Origin: Eledone cirrhosa | Taxonomy: Eukaryota | Direction of reading: 5' to 3' | Assembly (NCBI GenBank): GCA_964016885.1 | Contig: OZ024745.1 | Span: forward strand, 112,034,001 to 112,098,000 | Length of the DNA stretch: 64,000 nucleotides | Part shown: piece by piece, positions 26,419 through 40,425 of the stretch | Layout: each line of letters starts with the position of its first letter | Numbering within the stretch: position 1 is the stretch's first letter | Translations under genes and position numbers: made by a program | Notes under the pieces: model-generated | Databases searched by the model: none | Told to the model about the DNA's origin: nothing | The model's input: the letters and a program-made list of their open reading frames with translations, nothing else

Positions 26419-27163
26419 CAACCCCAGTACTTTTTTTTTATCAACCTTGAAAGGATGAAAGGCAAATTTGACCTCAGCAGGATTTGAACTCAGTGAATAG
26501 AGAACAAGAATGAATACTGCAAAGTATTCTATCTGACATACTAATGACTTTGCCACTTTGACGCCTATGTTCTCTGATACTATAATACGGAAGAAAGGAT
26601 GAAGCAAAACGAGCTAAATCTATGTTTCAAGCAGTAAATGATAAAGCTGTGATTTTTATCAAATAAGCAATTACACAAATATTGATATTGAATAAAATCA
26701 GAATCACTTCCACAAGGTTTGAACAATATTCAATACTATTGACAAAGTCTGTGATTTAATAACTTATCCAGGAACAAACATTACAAATGGTGTTTGATGA
26801 AGTTCTTGAATGATGTAAGGAATTAAACAAATTTGTTTGCAGAAGATGTAACCTCATTGATATGTTAATATTGAGTAACCTTGCCTGAAATTGGCACACT
26901 GATTAAAACTATTTATGGTAGCTACCTATTTAACCCTTTTGATATCAAACCACCATAGACCAGCCTTGTTTCTATGATATAAAACTGCTTGTTTTAAAAT
27001 GCTTATATTTATCTAAGAATCTTCTGTCATAGTTTTATATAAGAACCTTTGTGTTTCAAACACCAACTTAATAATGAGATAATTCTTAATTATTTTCAAA
27101 GTTATTTGAAAATTATAGAGAGAGTCTTTCATTAGAATATGGTAATGAGAAGGTTAATATCAG

Positions 27164-28952
27164 CAGTGGCGGAACTAGGGATTTTGCGCCCGGGGGCAAG
27201 CTCGAACTTTGCGCAGACGGCATTGATGTCCACAAGTATGATAAGATGAGGTTGAGCTTGCTGAAGGATCTCTCACAGCTTGCGATGGAAACGGCCATTG
27301 TTAGCAGTATCTGTAGACCGATGCACAAATTCGAAAATACACTGTTGTCTCCGTATTGAACAATAAAATTCAGGAGGTGTTCTGGTCTTGAGACTGAAAC
27401 ATTAGCGCGGGTTGACAACAACGCCCGACAGTCAACGGTTTCTTCAAAAAGCTCCTTGCCATCAATGTCAGCATTGTAGTGATCAGCTAATGAAGAGCAC
27501 TTTGATCGAAGTGCGAGGTCGTCTGGAAAAGGTGGATCGCACAGAGAGTGGACATCGAGGAGGAAGCCAAACCTCGCGTCAATATCGTTGAGACGGGCGA
27601 ATCGTAGCTGCATTTTTGATTGAATTCGAAGGAGAACAGTTTGCATGACTGTTTTTACTTCACTGGCTGGTGATAGTAATTCATCTTCAGAATTATCTGC
27701 AAGCTGCCGTCTTGGCCTTCCGCGACGTTTGCTGATGTCAATGATCCAGCGTTGACTTAACTCAATGCCTTTATTAAGTGATTACTGAGCATTATCTGAA
27801 AAATACTGCTGGAGGGCTTTGATGCCATCAGCGGCATCCCGGAAGTTCATATTCCAAAATCCAAGCAACACGAAGAAGTGGAAGACAAGTATTTGGCTTA
27901 AAAGATGTTCTGCATCACTTCGTGTGTCGGATCTCTTCTCATTATCCTCTACCAACTTTTGCAGAAGCTCGAGGATTTCATTCAGAAAGTTTGCAAGATG
28001 CTTTACAGCATCTGTTCTTGCACTACGCCTGGTGTCCGATGGAGATTTCAGAACGAAAGGGATTGCTTGCTTTAACTTTTCCCAAAGCCATGTTGATCGC
28101 AAAAAGAATGCAAACAATGACTCAATGACGTTGAAAAATGACATAACGTTGAAGCTACTCTTCGCTGTGGTCAAACCAACGAGGTTAAGTGAATGGTTGT
28201 CACAGTTAACAAATATCACCTTTTCCTTCAAATTCGTTATGCGTTGTTGAACCCCACTAGCGTGTCCGGCCATAACCGCAGCGTTGTCGTAACATTGTGC
28301 CTTGCAATCACTCATTGCAAGGCCACCATCTTTCAATTCTTTCAAAATAAGTTCTACAATACTGGCTGCATCTTTCTCTTCCAGTAGGGTGAACCCCAGA
28401 AAGGACTCTCAGATGCGAACGGTCCTTTTGTCGAAATCAACATCGACATACCTCACCACTCGTGACAGCTGGTCTTGATGAGCTTGATCAGGAGATGAGT
28501 CCACCATCAGCACATAATGACGAGCATTTTTTACGTGTTGAAGAACATTCTACTTAACGTTGAGAGCAAGTAGATGTATGAATTCATTTTGGATTGTGAG
28601 GGAGAGGTACGACGTGGAACCTGGATGAGTTTCCACATTAGTTAGAAACTCCTTGACAGCAACTTCAATAAACCGATGAAGTTTCCAGCGTTGGTTGTTT
28701 CGTTTTGCTGGAGCGATTCGTGATGTCCCCTTAATGCAAGATTATGGGTCGCAAGAAAGTTGATGCATTGTAGAAGTCAAGAGAGGATATTGCACCAATG
28801 TTGCTTCTCGGTTGTTATTAGTGATTGAAGCTGTGTATCGATAATTCCTTGCTCTTCTGTCAAACTGCGTTCCATCTCTTTTTTGCGCCCCCCTCAGAAC
28901 GGCGCCCCGGGGGCACGTGCCCCCTATGCCCCCCCCCCTAGTTACGCCACTG
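27164..28952 (-). mobile_element. hAT transposon (ZMYM1/Tip100-like transposase), internally deleted
   Basis: TIRs cagtggcg(g/t)aactaggg; 8-bp TSD aatatcag/aatgtcag; YLSLTIQNEFI, VLMVDSSPD, AQCYDNAAVMAG, CDNHSLNL, SDTRRSAR, SIASCERSFSKL. Confidence 0.96.
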
Positions 28953-29368
28953 AATGTCAGAGCTTAGCTACTGAGTCAAATAAAGCTTCTGAATGTAAAG
29001 GATTGCATGTGATGCCAGCTTTACTTGGACAATACATTATGCATTAATTAGTAGAAAGAATGATATAGCTAAATTCAGAATAGAGACATATATGGAAGCA
29101 CATGCATTACGTTTATGTATGATGGTTTCTGATTTAGGCACAAGTCCAACAATTTTTGGGGAGGGAAAATTCAATTAAATTGACCCCAGTGAATTATTAG
29201 TACTTTATTTTATCGACCCCATAAAGATGAAAGGCAAAACTAACCTTTGCGGGATTTGAACTCAGAATGCAAAGAGCCATAATTTTATGCTGGGAAGCAT
29301 GTTGTCTGCTGCTCTACTGATACTACCAATCCTCCACTGCCTTCATGTTTATGTATAATAAACATACT

Positions 29369-29566
29369 TGCTGTGGGTATTTTAAGCTGTGGTCATATTG
29401 TGTCTACTTCAGTAACTATGTGAGAATGTCACATCAGCTTATTTGCCTCAGTACTCAGTAAACATTGCAGATGATGGATTAATAAATCCTGAAATACAGT
29501 ATATGGTGTTCTCACACAGTTACTGAAGTAGCTGTGAAATGATCACAGCTAAAAATACTTACAGCA
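29369..29566 (+). repeat. ~65-bp inverted repeat enclosing a degenerate hammerhead motif (pLTR-like remnant)
   Basis: Arms 29369-29433 and 29502-29566; loop has cAGATGA-t-ggatt-aata-aatcc-t-GAAA-tacag-TA (29468-29501). Confidence 0.6.
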
Positions 29567-29625
29567 TCATCATCATCATCATCATTTTTATTATTATTAT
29601 ATATATTTTTTTACATTTATTTAGA

Positions 29626-29820
29626 GGGTGGTGTATTGGCAGTATCGGTAGAGGGTCGGACGCCATGCCTTGCAGCAATGAGTTACGGCCCTTTATGATC
29701 TGAGTTCAAATCCCACCGAAGTTAACTTTGCCTTTCATCCTTACGGGGGTTGATAAAATAAAGTACCAGTAATACACTGGGATAATTGCAGGCCTTGTGC
29801 CAAAAGTAGAAACAATTATT
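29626..29820 (+). mobile_element. SINE family A
   Basis: Near-consensus head, core and tail. Confidence 0.9.
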
Positions 29821-30818
29821 ACTTTTTTTTTTACATTTATTTTCCATGCTGGGATGGGTTGGATGTGTTGTCACAGTCTGAGACTAAATAGGTTGGAGAG
29901 ATCCCATTTTGTTCATACATTGCATATTCAGCATGCTGTCCATGGCTGGATACTGGATGCTCTTTTTAACACTAACTACCTTACAAGGACTAATAACAAA
30001 AATGACTCATTGTAAAATGTTGGATTATTAAAGCATACCAACCACCAATGAAGTCATTCTTACTGTACAAAGGTTTTTCTTCGTTTTCCACTATATATTA
30101 CGATAAATATCCTCACCATCCTCCTCACCATCCTCCTCACCATCCTAATTGGCCAAGCATGGTGATTATGTCTACAACCCTGACATGACCAAAACTAAAC
30201 AAAATGTAGTGGTGGTCAACTAGGGAAAGTATCCTCCAACAAAAGTGAGAAGGCCCAGGATTGGATTGGATATATAAATATTTCAGATTTAAATGTCATT
30301 GTATTTTTTATACAGACCAGCTGAAAACAATCAAGTTAATTAATTTACATAGTAGATTTTTTAAATTGTTTCATTAAACCAAAGACAGTAATTTTACAAA
30401 TATTACTTAATTAATAACATAATTTATTTTATGGTTAATTAGAAAAATAATTTTTATTCACAAAAAATTTCACTGTCAGTGATTTTAATTTTTATTATAC
30501 ATTAATTAGATTTACCAAAGATAGTTTATGAAATAGAATCTTTTCAAATACAACGATTAGGTAGAAAAGTTGATTGGAAATTGATCAACCAGCTTGACCT
30601 TTCAGAGAAAGAAAAACAACAGAAAACTTTTTAACTCTTCTGCTGCCAATTTACCTGATATTGTGCTTGATGTGTGTATGTATACACCTTTTATTTCTGC
30701 TAGAGTTGTTGGGGCACTGTAGTGACATATATGCCATTTCTTGGGCATTTTGTTTAAACCTGATGGAGCTTATCGCCTCTTCAGATCTGAATATGGCCAA
30801 TTTCTTTCAGAGTAAGGA

Positions 30819-30874
<56 letters not shown>

Positions 30875-31259
30875 AAATCAACCCCAGTACTTATTTTATC
30901 AACCTTAGAAGGAGGGAAGACAAATTTGACCATGGCAGGATTTGAACTTAGAGAACAAAGAACCAGGATGAAAGCATTCTCCCTGACATTCTAATGACTC
31001 TGCTAATTTGCCACCTCTTGCCACCGGTATTATGATACAAAACCATTCCTTTAAAGTGTTCATATTTAAATTAAAACCTTTCATCATAATTTCATTTAAG
31101 ATCTTTAATAATGCAAAAGGTTGTTTCCTCAATTAAATCGCTCTAAATTCTTGGTCATGTTAAAAATAAATTGAAACACATGGGACAGTGTATTTCATTA
31201 GAAAGGTGGTTACAAAATGACTAATCATTCCACTCTTGGTTTCCTACTTTATATTTTTT

Positions 31260-31447
31260 GGTGGATTGGCAGTATTGGTAGAGGGTCGGACGCCATGCTT
31301 TAACGCATAGAGTTACGGCCCTTGCCATTCTGAGTTCAAATCCCGCAGAGGTTAACTTTGCCTTTCATCCTTACGGGGTCGATAAAATAAAGTACCAGTA
31401 ATACACTGGGTAATTGCTGGCCTTGTGCCTAACGTAGAAACAATTAT
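31260..31447 (+). mobile_element. SINE family A
   Basis: Near-consensus copy. Confidence 0.9.
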
Positions 31448-32381
31448 TAGACACTAACCCGAATTGAACAAAAGTTCCTCTAATAGCTTCTCCTCCTTCT
31501 CCTCCTCCTTCTTCTCCTCCTCCTCACAGAAGTTGATGCCATCACTGATGTCCTTGCTTGTAATCCCTGTCTTTCTCTATCCTATTTAATGTAGTGTTAG
31601 TTTATATCCCATATTTTCTGCACTTGTACTTTTGTCCCATCCTCAGTTTTGAATAAGATGTATATCATCTTTATATCCTTCACTTCTTCCCATGAAAGTT
31701 ACTTTCTTTTTCTGTATATCCATGAGAGTTGCAGGCAACTGCTCCTTAACCAGAACAACAAATGCTTCAGTAACTTTGAAAAGGTTGAGGAATGTGATGG
31801 TTTCTAACTGAAATGTACTCATCTTATGGACATAATGCCATGCTTTTTTGCCTTTCATCAAAACATTTCATATCTAGGCTTTGCTTGTTTGAAACAATAC
31901 TTTCAAATGGAGAATTTTGGCCTGGGTTTGAAACATTTTCATTTGAATGTGTGAATGTTAATGTTGTCATCGTCAGACATGTGATGTTACTGGTTTATTC
32001 ATAAAATATTATTTTCTCATTTTCTGCTGTGAGAAAATTTGTCTGATATTTGTTTTAGCTATTCTCTTGTTCTTTTCTATGATAATCTTTGGTGAGCGGT
32101 TCTCATTATAGAAATTCTAGAAGTGTGAAGGAAACAAAAAAAAAAGAAAAAAGAAAATGGAATTGTTTAAAACATCCACCATTTAGAGTTGACTTCCAAA
32201 AGCCCAGTAAAATTCTGTGTGTATGAAATAAATCCAAAACGAAAAATTGTTTCCTTCAGTTATATCTGGAAATTGAAGGTGCCACCTCAGTCCACTGGTT
32301 GTAGGTAGCTTCTACCTGTATTACATTGCCAGCAACAAATGCTGTGTGACAAACAGAATAATAATCATTATTTCTAATTTA

Positions 32382-32570
32382 AGCGGTGGATTGGCAGTAT
32401 CGGTAGAGGGTCGGACGCCATGCTTTCCAGCATAGTTACATCCCTTTACGATCTGAGTTCAAATCCCGCCGAGGTTGACTTTGCCTTTCATCCTTACGGG
32501 GTCGATAAAATAAAGTACCAGTAATGCACTTGGGTAATTGCTGGCCTTGTGCCTAAAGTAGAAACAATTA
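32382..32570 (+). mobile_element. SINE family A nested in the tail of an older antisense copy
   Basis: 18-bp TSD attatttctaatttaagc; the older minus-strand copy continues to ~32770. Confidence 0.9.
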
Positions 32571-33470
32571 TTTCTAATTTAAGCACAAGGCCAATCATTT
32601 CTGAGGGGAATGGTTGATTATATTGACCCCTGTACTTGAATGGTACTTAATTTTATCAACCTTGGAAGAATGAAAGGCAAAGTTGGCCTTGGCGAGATTT
32701 GAACTCAAAACATAAGCTGCTGGAACAAATACTGCTAAGCATTTGTCCAACACTTTAATGTCTTTTACTGCAGTGAGTTGAGAGAAAACAAAACAAAAAA
32801 ATATCAAGCATTACACTAAATACTTTTTAACATTTTATCCAATGCTTGATAACTACCAGGATTGATTGTGCATTTCATTCCTACAAAGCTACTAAAAAAA
32901 GGATTTGTAGTTGAATAGCACAGGTTAAGTATGTATACAATGACAGGCATGGGCATACATTCTTGTTTTTCTACGTTATCGAGTTTTTACTTTTTAAGCT
33001 AGTAGGATATTTTTTGACAAGTATTGGTAATAAATTTAGATCAATTTAAACCTCTATATTCCTTCATTGTAACAATTTGGTGATGTAACTTGTTAAAAGA
33101 AATCAATAATTTACCTTTAATTATGAAAAGATTTATGTGACATTCTGAGCTTTAAAATACATAACAATTGCAATTTGAATTTAATGATTTGTATTTGGCA
33201 AATGCTAAAGAGCATGAGGTGAGCTCCTGGCAAAATGAGCTGACAATTTTGATTCTCAGTTAAAGAGCTTAACTCTTTCTCTTATACCCCCCCCCCCCCC
33301 CCTAATAGCCTCTAGAAAAGCTGCACATCATAATATTTCACTGCCTTGTTGAAAATACAGGGCATTCATGTAAATATTTGACAACTAATTAAAGAAAATA
33401 TCTGTATTGTCTTTTTATTAGAAATTTTTTTTTAGGTTTTATGACGTTATATGTGAAAAATATTGATTTC

Positions 33471-33684
33471 TTTAGCATTTACATTACTCATTAATTACTC
33501 TGTATTTTCATGGTAAAGGCTTTACCTCACATAATTAACTCACATACTATTGAATCTATGAGATTTTGATATTTATTTTGAGAACAATACCTTAACATCA
33601 ATATGCGTGGCCGGTTACAGTTGGTTTGAATAGAAAGAGGTGATAGCATTCTAGCTGGATATGGCTGGTATAAATGCTAAAGGG
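33471..33684. mobile_element. piggyBac-like MITE, second copy
   Basis: Similar to 24211-24431; right end aaaggg|ttaa intact. Confidence 0.8.
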
Positions 33685-33749
33685 TTAAAGGAAAATGTTT
33701 GAAATAGAGATAAAAAGGACTGAAGTGACACTATTATACTTTTATACTT

Positions 33750-34805
33750 ATCATCATCATCATCATCATCATCGTTTAACGTCCATCTTCAATGCTAGCA
33801 TGGGTTTGGACGGGAATTTTCCCACTTGAGGCAAGATTGGTTGTCTTGCACATATAGGACTGTCTGGCGGGTTTTCTATGGCTGGATGCCCTTCCTAACA
33901 CCAGCCACGTTTACAGTGTGGACTGGGAGGTTTTTACCGTGTTACCTACAAGGCCACATTACAGTGTGGACTGTGTGTTTTTTTGTCGTGACACCTACAC
34001 AACCTCATTTGTTTCGGACTGGATGTTGTGGTACCAACATAACTTTACATAGGAAGGGGTGGTGTGGATGGGGTGGGGGTAGTGGGAAGAGTGTGTATTT
34101 TTGTTAGAGGTGCCTACTGACTGTAGGTTTCGCTTTGTACTTAGGCAAGGCAGGTCTTCTGTATTACTGTGTAGCGCCAAAGATCTCGCTCCAGTTACAT
34201 TGTCTTGGAGAGGTGTAAGTGTGTGAGGTCGGAATTTATCAAGTCGTCCCAGGTTTTTCTGGGTCTGCCTACTCCGTGGCTACCGTCTATTTTTATCGCC
34301 CTGCACTTTTTTATACAGCTGTCGTCTTTCATGCGCATCACGTGACCATACCAACGTAGTCTTCTCTCGAGTAAACAGCATCTGATCCCTTTTATTCCTA
34401 ATTTCTCCCTTAGTTCGTTTATGCTTTGCCGTTCACGTATATTACTATTACACATCCAGCGAAGCATGCAAGCTTCATTCCTCTCCAGTCTGCATATATC
34501 CTCTGCACACAATGCCCAGGTCTCACTGCCATGTAACATTGCTGTTCGTATGCAGGCATCATACAGCCTGCCTTTCATTTTTAGAGAGAACCCTTTAGCG
34601 GCCAATAGTGGTATAAGCTCTCTGAACTTTTTCCATCCCGTTCTGACTCTAGCTACTGTACTTTCAGAGCACCCTCCATCACTGCTGATTTTGTCACCCA
34701 GGTAACGGAAGGTGTCCACTATTTCTATAGAACCATCTGTGTAATGGAATGAGCTAGTATTCTGTGGGCACTTGCTGCTACTTATTGCACCAGAGCACTT
34801 AATGA
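33750..34805 (-). mobile_element. RTE-clade LINE 3' portion with (GAT)n tail
   Basis: FRYLGD, GWKKFREL, MLHGSETW, RRLRWYGHVMRM, GRPRKTW; 3' UTR ggtgttaggaagggcatccagc..ggacgttaaacgatgatg. Confidence 0.92.
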
Positions 34806-34894
34806 AATACAAACCAACTCTGGGGAGATTTGAACTCACAGGAATGAAACAAAGCATTGTAGCATCTGATGAAATGTCTCACAATGTCTCATAT

Positions 34895-35530
34895 TCATCA
34901 CCATCGTTTAACATCTATTTTTCCATGCTAGCATGGGTTAGATGGGTTGTTCAATTTGAGGCAAGTTGGATCAGGTGACTGTGTCTTGCTTATATTGAAT
35001 TGTTTCTGACTAGGTTTCTACGACTGGATTCCCTTCCTAACATCAACCACATTTACAGTGTGGGCTGGGTGCTTTTTATCATGACTCCTACATGACCACT
35101 TTACAATGTGGGCTGGGTGCTTTTTGTCATGACTCCTACATGACCACTTTACAGTGTGGGCTGGGTGCTTTTTGTCATGACTCCTACATGACCACTTTAC
35201 AGTGTGGGCTGGGTGCTTTTTGTCGTGACACCCACACAACCTCTTTACAGTGTGGGCTGGATATGTTTTGTTTACAGTGTAAGGGTGGTATGGACAGAAG
35301 TGGGTGAGTGGGGATATAGTGGTTAAGAGGTGCCTACTAAGTGTATGTTTTGAGTCCTTGCGCATGGGAAGGCATGTCTTCTGTATTACTGCATAACACC
35401 AAAGATCTCGACCCTGTGTCATTGTCTTTGAGAGGTTCAATTGTACAAGGTCAGCTTTTATTACCTAGTCTTCCTGGGTCCTCTCACTCATTAGCTTCCA
35501 TCAATTTTGATCGCCCTGCACTTTTTTATA
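34895..35530 (-). mobile_element. RTE 3' end with an internal 48-bp tandem expansion
   Basis: tttacagtgtgggctgggtgctttttgtcatgactcctacatgaccac repeated ~4x at 35050-35260. Confidence 0.8.
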
Positions 35531-35829
35531 CAGTGTTGTATACTTATTTTTATCTACTTTCACTGAGAATGAAAATCAAACCAACTCTGGTGAGTTTTGA
35601 ACACACAAATCACAAGAATGAAATAAAGCATTATAACATCTGATGAAATGCCTCGTATTCTGAGTAAAAACTCTCATCTATCCTGCTGAGGTGACCTTTC
35701 CTTTTTATTCTTCTGAGGTTGCTAGATAAGCTACCAACAAGTCTAGATCAGTAAATAGGTCGAATCATTAGAGTGTTGAACAGGATGCCTTGCAATATTT
35801 GTTCCAGCTCTTTGTATTTCAAAATCAAT

Positions 35830-36104
35830 TAACATCACATTTTCTCATTTTGAGCATCTAGCATTTCTTTACACAAATTACATTCTCCATCACGTACCTG
35901 TGTCAGTATAGTCTTCCCGTCTGCACACAACATCTGATTCCTCTTATATCCAGTTTTTCTCTAAGCTCACACATACTCCACCATTCATGCACATTAACAT
36001 TACACATTGTAGAATGTTCACTCCATTTCTTTCTAACTGTTGCATATCTTCCACATTCAAGGCCCATGTTTCATTGCCATCAGTTCATTTCATACACAAA
36101 CTTC

Positions 36105-36191
<87 letters not shown>

Positions 36192-36795
36192 CTCTTGCCA
36201 GCAGAGATAATAGCTTCCTGAACGTTTTCCATCTTCTTTCGCTAGTAACTATGCTTTCTAGACATCCACATTCACTGTAATTAGGTTAACAAAAGTTATC
36301 AACTATTTCTAGGGAGCCTTGCAAGTATTTGAAAGAATATATTTAATTTGTCCTCTTATTTTTAACTATACCTGTCTACATCTGCCTCATACATGTCTAT
36401 CTTTCTGTTAACCTTGTTTTTCAGTATGAAATTAATATCAAGACACCCTGTAAAGTGGTTGTGTTGGTGAGATAACAAAAAGCATCCAGCCCACCCTGAA
36501 AGGTGGTTCTGTTGGTGACATCACAAAAAGCAGCGAGTCCACTCTGTAAGGTGGTTGTGTTGGAGACACAATGGAAAAGCACCCACTCCACCTTGTAAAG
36601 TGGTCAATTTGGTGCCACAATAAAAACATCCAGTCCACACTGTAAATGGGGTTAGCATTAGGAAGGGCATCCAGTCATAGTTCTGTATTAGCAAGATATG
36701 GTCACCTGATCTGACTTGTCTCACAACAGGACAACTCGGCTAACCCATGTTAGCTTGGAAAATGGACGTTAAAGGGTATTGATGATGATGATGAT
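35830..36795. mobile_element. Degraded RTE pieces in both orientations, with a (GA)n tract
   Basis: Minus-strand RT-like remnant at 35830-36420; plus-strand RTE 3' UTR repeats and (GAT)n tail at 36440-36795. Confidence 0.6.
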
Positions 36796-38009
36796 ATAAC
36801 TGAGAGGTTGCTTCAAGGTGTAACTTATGCAGCTTAACCTTCTTTTAGAAGCTAACCTGCCCAGGATCACCTCTTCTTATTCAAAATGTTCATTTTAAAA
36901 TCAGAATATTCTACGATAATTCTTTGTAAGAACTTTTTGTTAAGTTATGTTCCAAACACTAGCTTTATATATTAATAAAGAAAAAAATTGGCATTTTACT
37001 AAATCTCTCTAAATTCTTAACTATTTTAAAAATGAACTAAAACATAGGCTGTGTATTTTGTTAAAAATATTCTCATCAAAGAAATTTCTGATAGCATTTG
37101 TTAAATAGACGACCTTGCTAATGGATTTAGGTGTTCTGAAAGTATAATTGCCAGAGTAAGAACAAGGTGAGAAGTGTTTGGAGACCTCTACTGTCAAAAG
37201 AAAGTTTCTCTTTCTGAGTGAAAGGCAGATTATATGATACTTGTGTATGACGTGTAATGCAGACTTGTAGTGAGACGTGATGGTAGGAAAGAAATGAAGT
37301 GAGTATACTATGGTGGATGTAGAGAATTAGCATGCATGAAAGATAATTTAAATTCCCCAGTGATCAAAGCAAAACCAAATTTAACATCCATTATGAATAA
37401 TACTATTTAACTACAATACATCTAATTTATTTTATAGTCTGTATATCACCACATTACCATAGTATGAACAAATTTTAAACTTTTAAGCACCTTTGCAATG
37501 GGATACATTATCAGCTGTTAAAAGTCATTGATTTAACCTAGAACTTAGTGCGATTATTGACAATAAATTATTGCTATATTAACAGATAAATCAAAAATTA
37601 ATGTTGAATCATGATTACATATAGACTATAAAGCTTCAAATGCATTTTGATGATCTGATTGTTTATCACTTGCTTTATGTATTTGCTCCATTGTTATTGT
37701 CGTATCTATCAGGCTGGTAATGAATTAGAGCTGTACCAGTTGTTTTGGATTATTAATCTACAATAAATCAGCATCAACAGCAACCACCACCACTACCACC
37801 ACTACCACGATGATGACGACGACGACGACCACCACCACCACCACCACTACCACCACCTATACCACCACCACTATCCCCCCCTCATCACCGCCACCAGGTG
37901 TTTCTTGTAATCTTTTTGAAAGTATTATATGTTCAGTCCAGACAAGTGAATGTTCAGTGTTGTTTACTTCTATGTATTTATTCAACTTATTCTCCCCCAG
38001 ATTATATGT

Positions 38010-38355
38010 ATCAGTAGAGGGTCGGACGCCATGCTTTGCAGCACAGAGTTACGGCCCTTTCCATTCTGAGTTCAAATCCCGCCGAGGTTAACTTTGCCTT
38101 TCATCCTTACGGGGTTGATAAAATAAAGTACCAGTAATGCACTGGGTAATTGCTGGCCTTGTGCCAAAAGTAGAAACAATTATTATCATGAGAGTCGGAC
38201 GCCATGCTTTGCAGCATAGAGTTACGGCCCTTTCCATTCTGAGTTCAAATCCCACCGAGGTTAACTTTGCCTTTCATCCTTACGGGATCGATAAAATAAA
38301 GTACCAGTAATGCACTGGGTAATTGCTGGCCTTGTGCCTAACGTAGAAACAATTA
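38010..38355 (+). mobile_element. Two tandem 5'-truncated SINE family A copies
   Basis: Units ~38010-38183 and ~38190-38355. Confidence 0.9.
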
Positions 38356-38704
38356 TATGTTTGTATTTTTTTTTTATCCTTCAATTCTTATAATAAAGTT
38401 TCGTTTCTGAATTTGTTTAGCAAGATTCTTTATCTGAAATCGTGTGTTGAAACCGATATTGTTATACTTTGGGAGGGTCATGTTGCCAATAAGAAACACA
38501 TGCACCAGTTGCTTTCACTTCAATTTATTATAATAAATTTATAATAAATTTATAATAAATTTATAACTTATAATAAAGATTTATCATATATTGATTTATT
38601 TTATGATAATAAATCATTTCCCCACCAAACTATGCTAACCTCTTACTTAGCACATGTATTTTAATGAAGTTCTTCATGGATAATATTGAAACATTAAGGC
38701 TCTA

Positions 38705-38971
38705 AATAGTCATCATCATCATCATCATCATCATCATCGTTGTTGGCATTGTCATCATCATCATCATCATTGTCATCATCACTATTATCATCATTTTCAT
38801 CACCACCACCATCACCACCACCATCATCACCACCACCACCATCATCATCATTTTCATCATCACCATCATCATCATCACCACCATCATCATCATCATCATC
38901 ATCATCATCACCATCGCTACTATCACCTTCATCATCATCATCATCACCATCGCTACTATCGCCTTCATCAC

Positions 38972-39008
<37 letters not shown>

Positions 39009-39395
39009 GCCATCACCCCTATTATCATCATTTTCATCACCACCACCACCACCACCACCACCATCATCACCACCACCACCATCATCATTTTCATCATCAC
39101 CATCATCATCACCATCACCATCATCATCATCATCATCACCATCATCATCACCATCACCATCATCATCACCATCACCATCATCATCATCATCACCATCACC
39201 ATCACTACTATCACCTTCATCATCATCATCATCACCATCACTACTTTCGCCTTCATCACCATCATCATCATCATCATCATCATGATCATCATCATCGCCC
39301 ATCACCACTATTATCATCATTTTCATCACCACCACCACCACCACCATCATCACTACCACCACCACCATCATCATTTTCATCATCACCATCATCAC

Positions 39396-39432
<37 letters not shown>

Positions 39433-39870
39433 GCCATCACCACTATTATCATAATTTTCATCACCACCACCACCATCACCATCATCATTTTCATCATCAC
39501 CATCATCACCACCACCACCATCATCACCACCACCATCACTACTATCACCATCATCATCATCATCACCATCACTACTATGGCTTTTATCACCATCATCATC
39601 ATCATCATCATCATCATGATCATGATCATCATCATCATCATCGCCATCACCACTATTATCATCATTTTCATCACCACCACCACCATCATCACCACCACCA
39701 CCACCATCATCATTTTCATCATCACCATCATCATCACCACCACCATCATCATCATCATCACCATCACCATCACTACTTTCGCCTTCATCACCATCATCAT
39801 CATCATCATCACCATCACTACTTTCGCCTTCATCACCATCATCATCATCATCATCATCATCATTATTTTC
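38705..39870. repeat. (CAT/CAC)n low-complexity array with recurring higher-order blocks
   Basis: Almost pure cat/cac triplets with repeated ctattatcatcattttca and ctactttcgccttca landmarks; grades into an RTE-like tail at ~39870. Confidence 0.92.
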
Positions 39871-40199
39871 ATCAGCATTTTAAGCCTTGCATGGGTTGGT
39901 GGCTCCTTTTCAACAGAGCATCTCTCCACATGTTGTGCTTCTTTGTCAGTTCCTCTGTGAGCTTCAACAACTTGAGATCAGTTCCCTCCACTTCTACCCA
40001 CATCTTCCTTGGTCTTACTCTATTGCAGCTTCCTTTCATTGGAATTTCTTAGTACTTCTTCACCAAGCGATTATTATCCATGCACATCATGACCCATTTC
40101 TAGCCCAGCAGTCTCAGATCACCGCCCATTTGACCTTTTCTAAGATGGTCAGGTGTAGTTTAAGAGATTTAGCTGTTATTTTTAGTAGGTTGAGTGACC

Positions 40200-40425
40200 A
40201 TGTATAGGCTTACTCATTGATTCATGGTTAAATTGTGCATTCCCAGAAGTATTACATATGAAAGAAGTGATCTTCATCAATGACTGAACTTTTATTGTTA
40301 AAGACACCCTAAAATCTAAGTCTACAAACTGGCTTGGATTAATGTCCTTGAAGTGAACGATGGATGACATAGCCTCTTTGTTATAAATGTAAGACTCTGT
40401 GTGCTTTGTATTGAATTAAAAGAAG
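40200..40425 (-). pseudogene. Candidate class C GPCR Venus-flytrap exon remnant
   Basis: YIYNKEAMSSIVH..KVQSLMKITSFICNTSGNAQFNHES (cf. mGluR5 [24 protein letters not shown]) ending at a possible gtaagc donor near 40213. Confidence 0.33.

Noticed and set aside
38694-40052. Poly-His, poly-Asp, poly-Met and poly-Ser ORFs resembling biomineral or metal-binding proteins
   Set aside because: Pure (CAT/CAC)n array open in multiple frames, no signal peptide or splice evidence, contiguous with an RTE (GAT)n-type tail.
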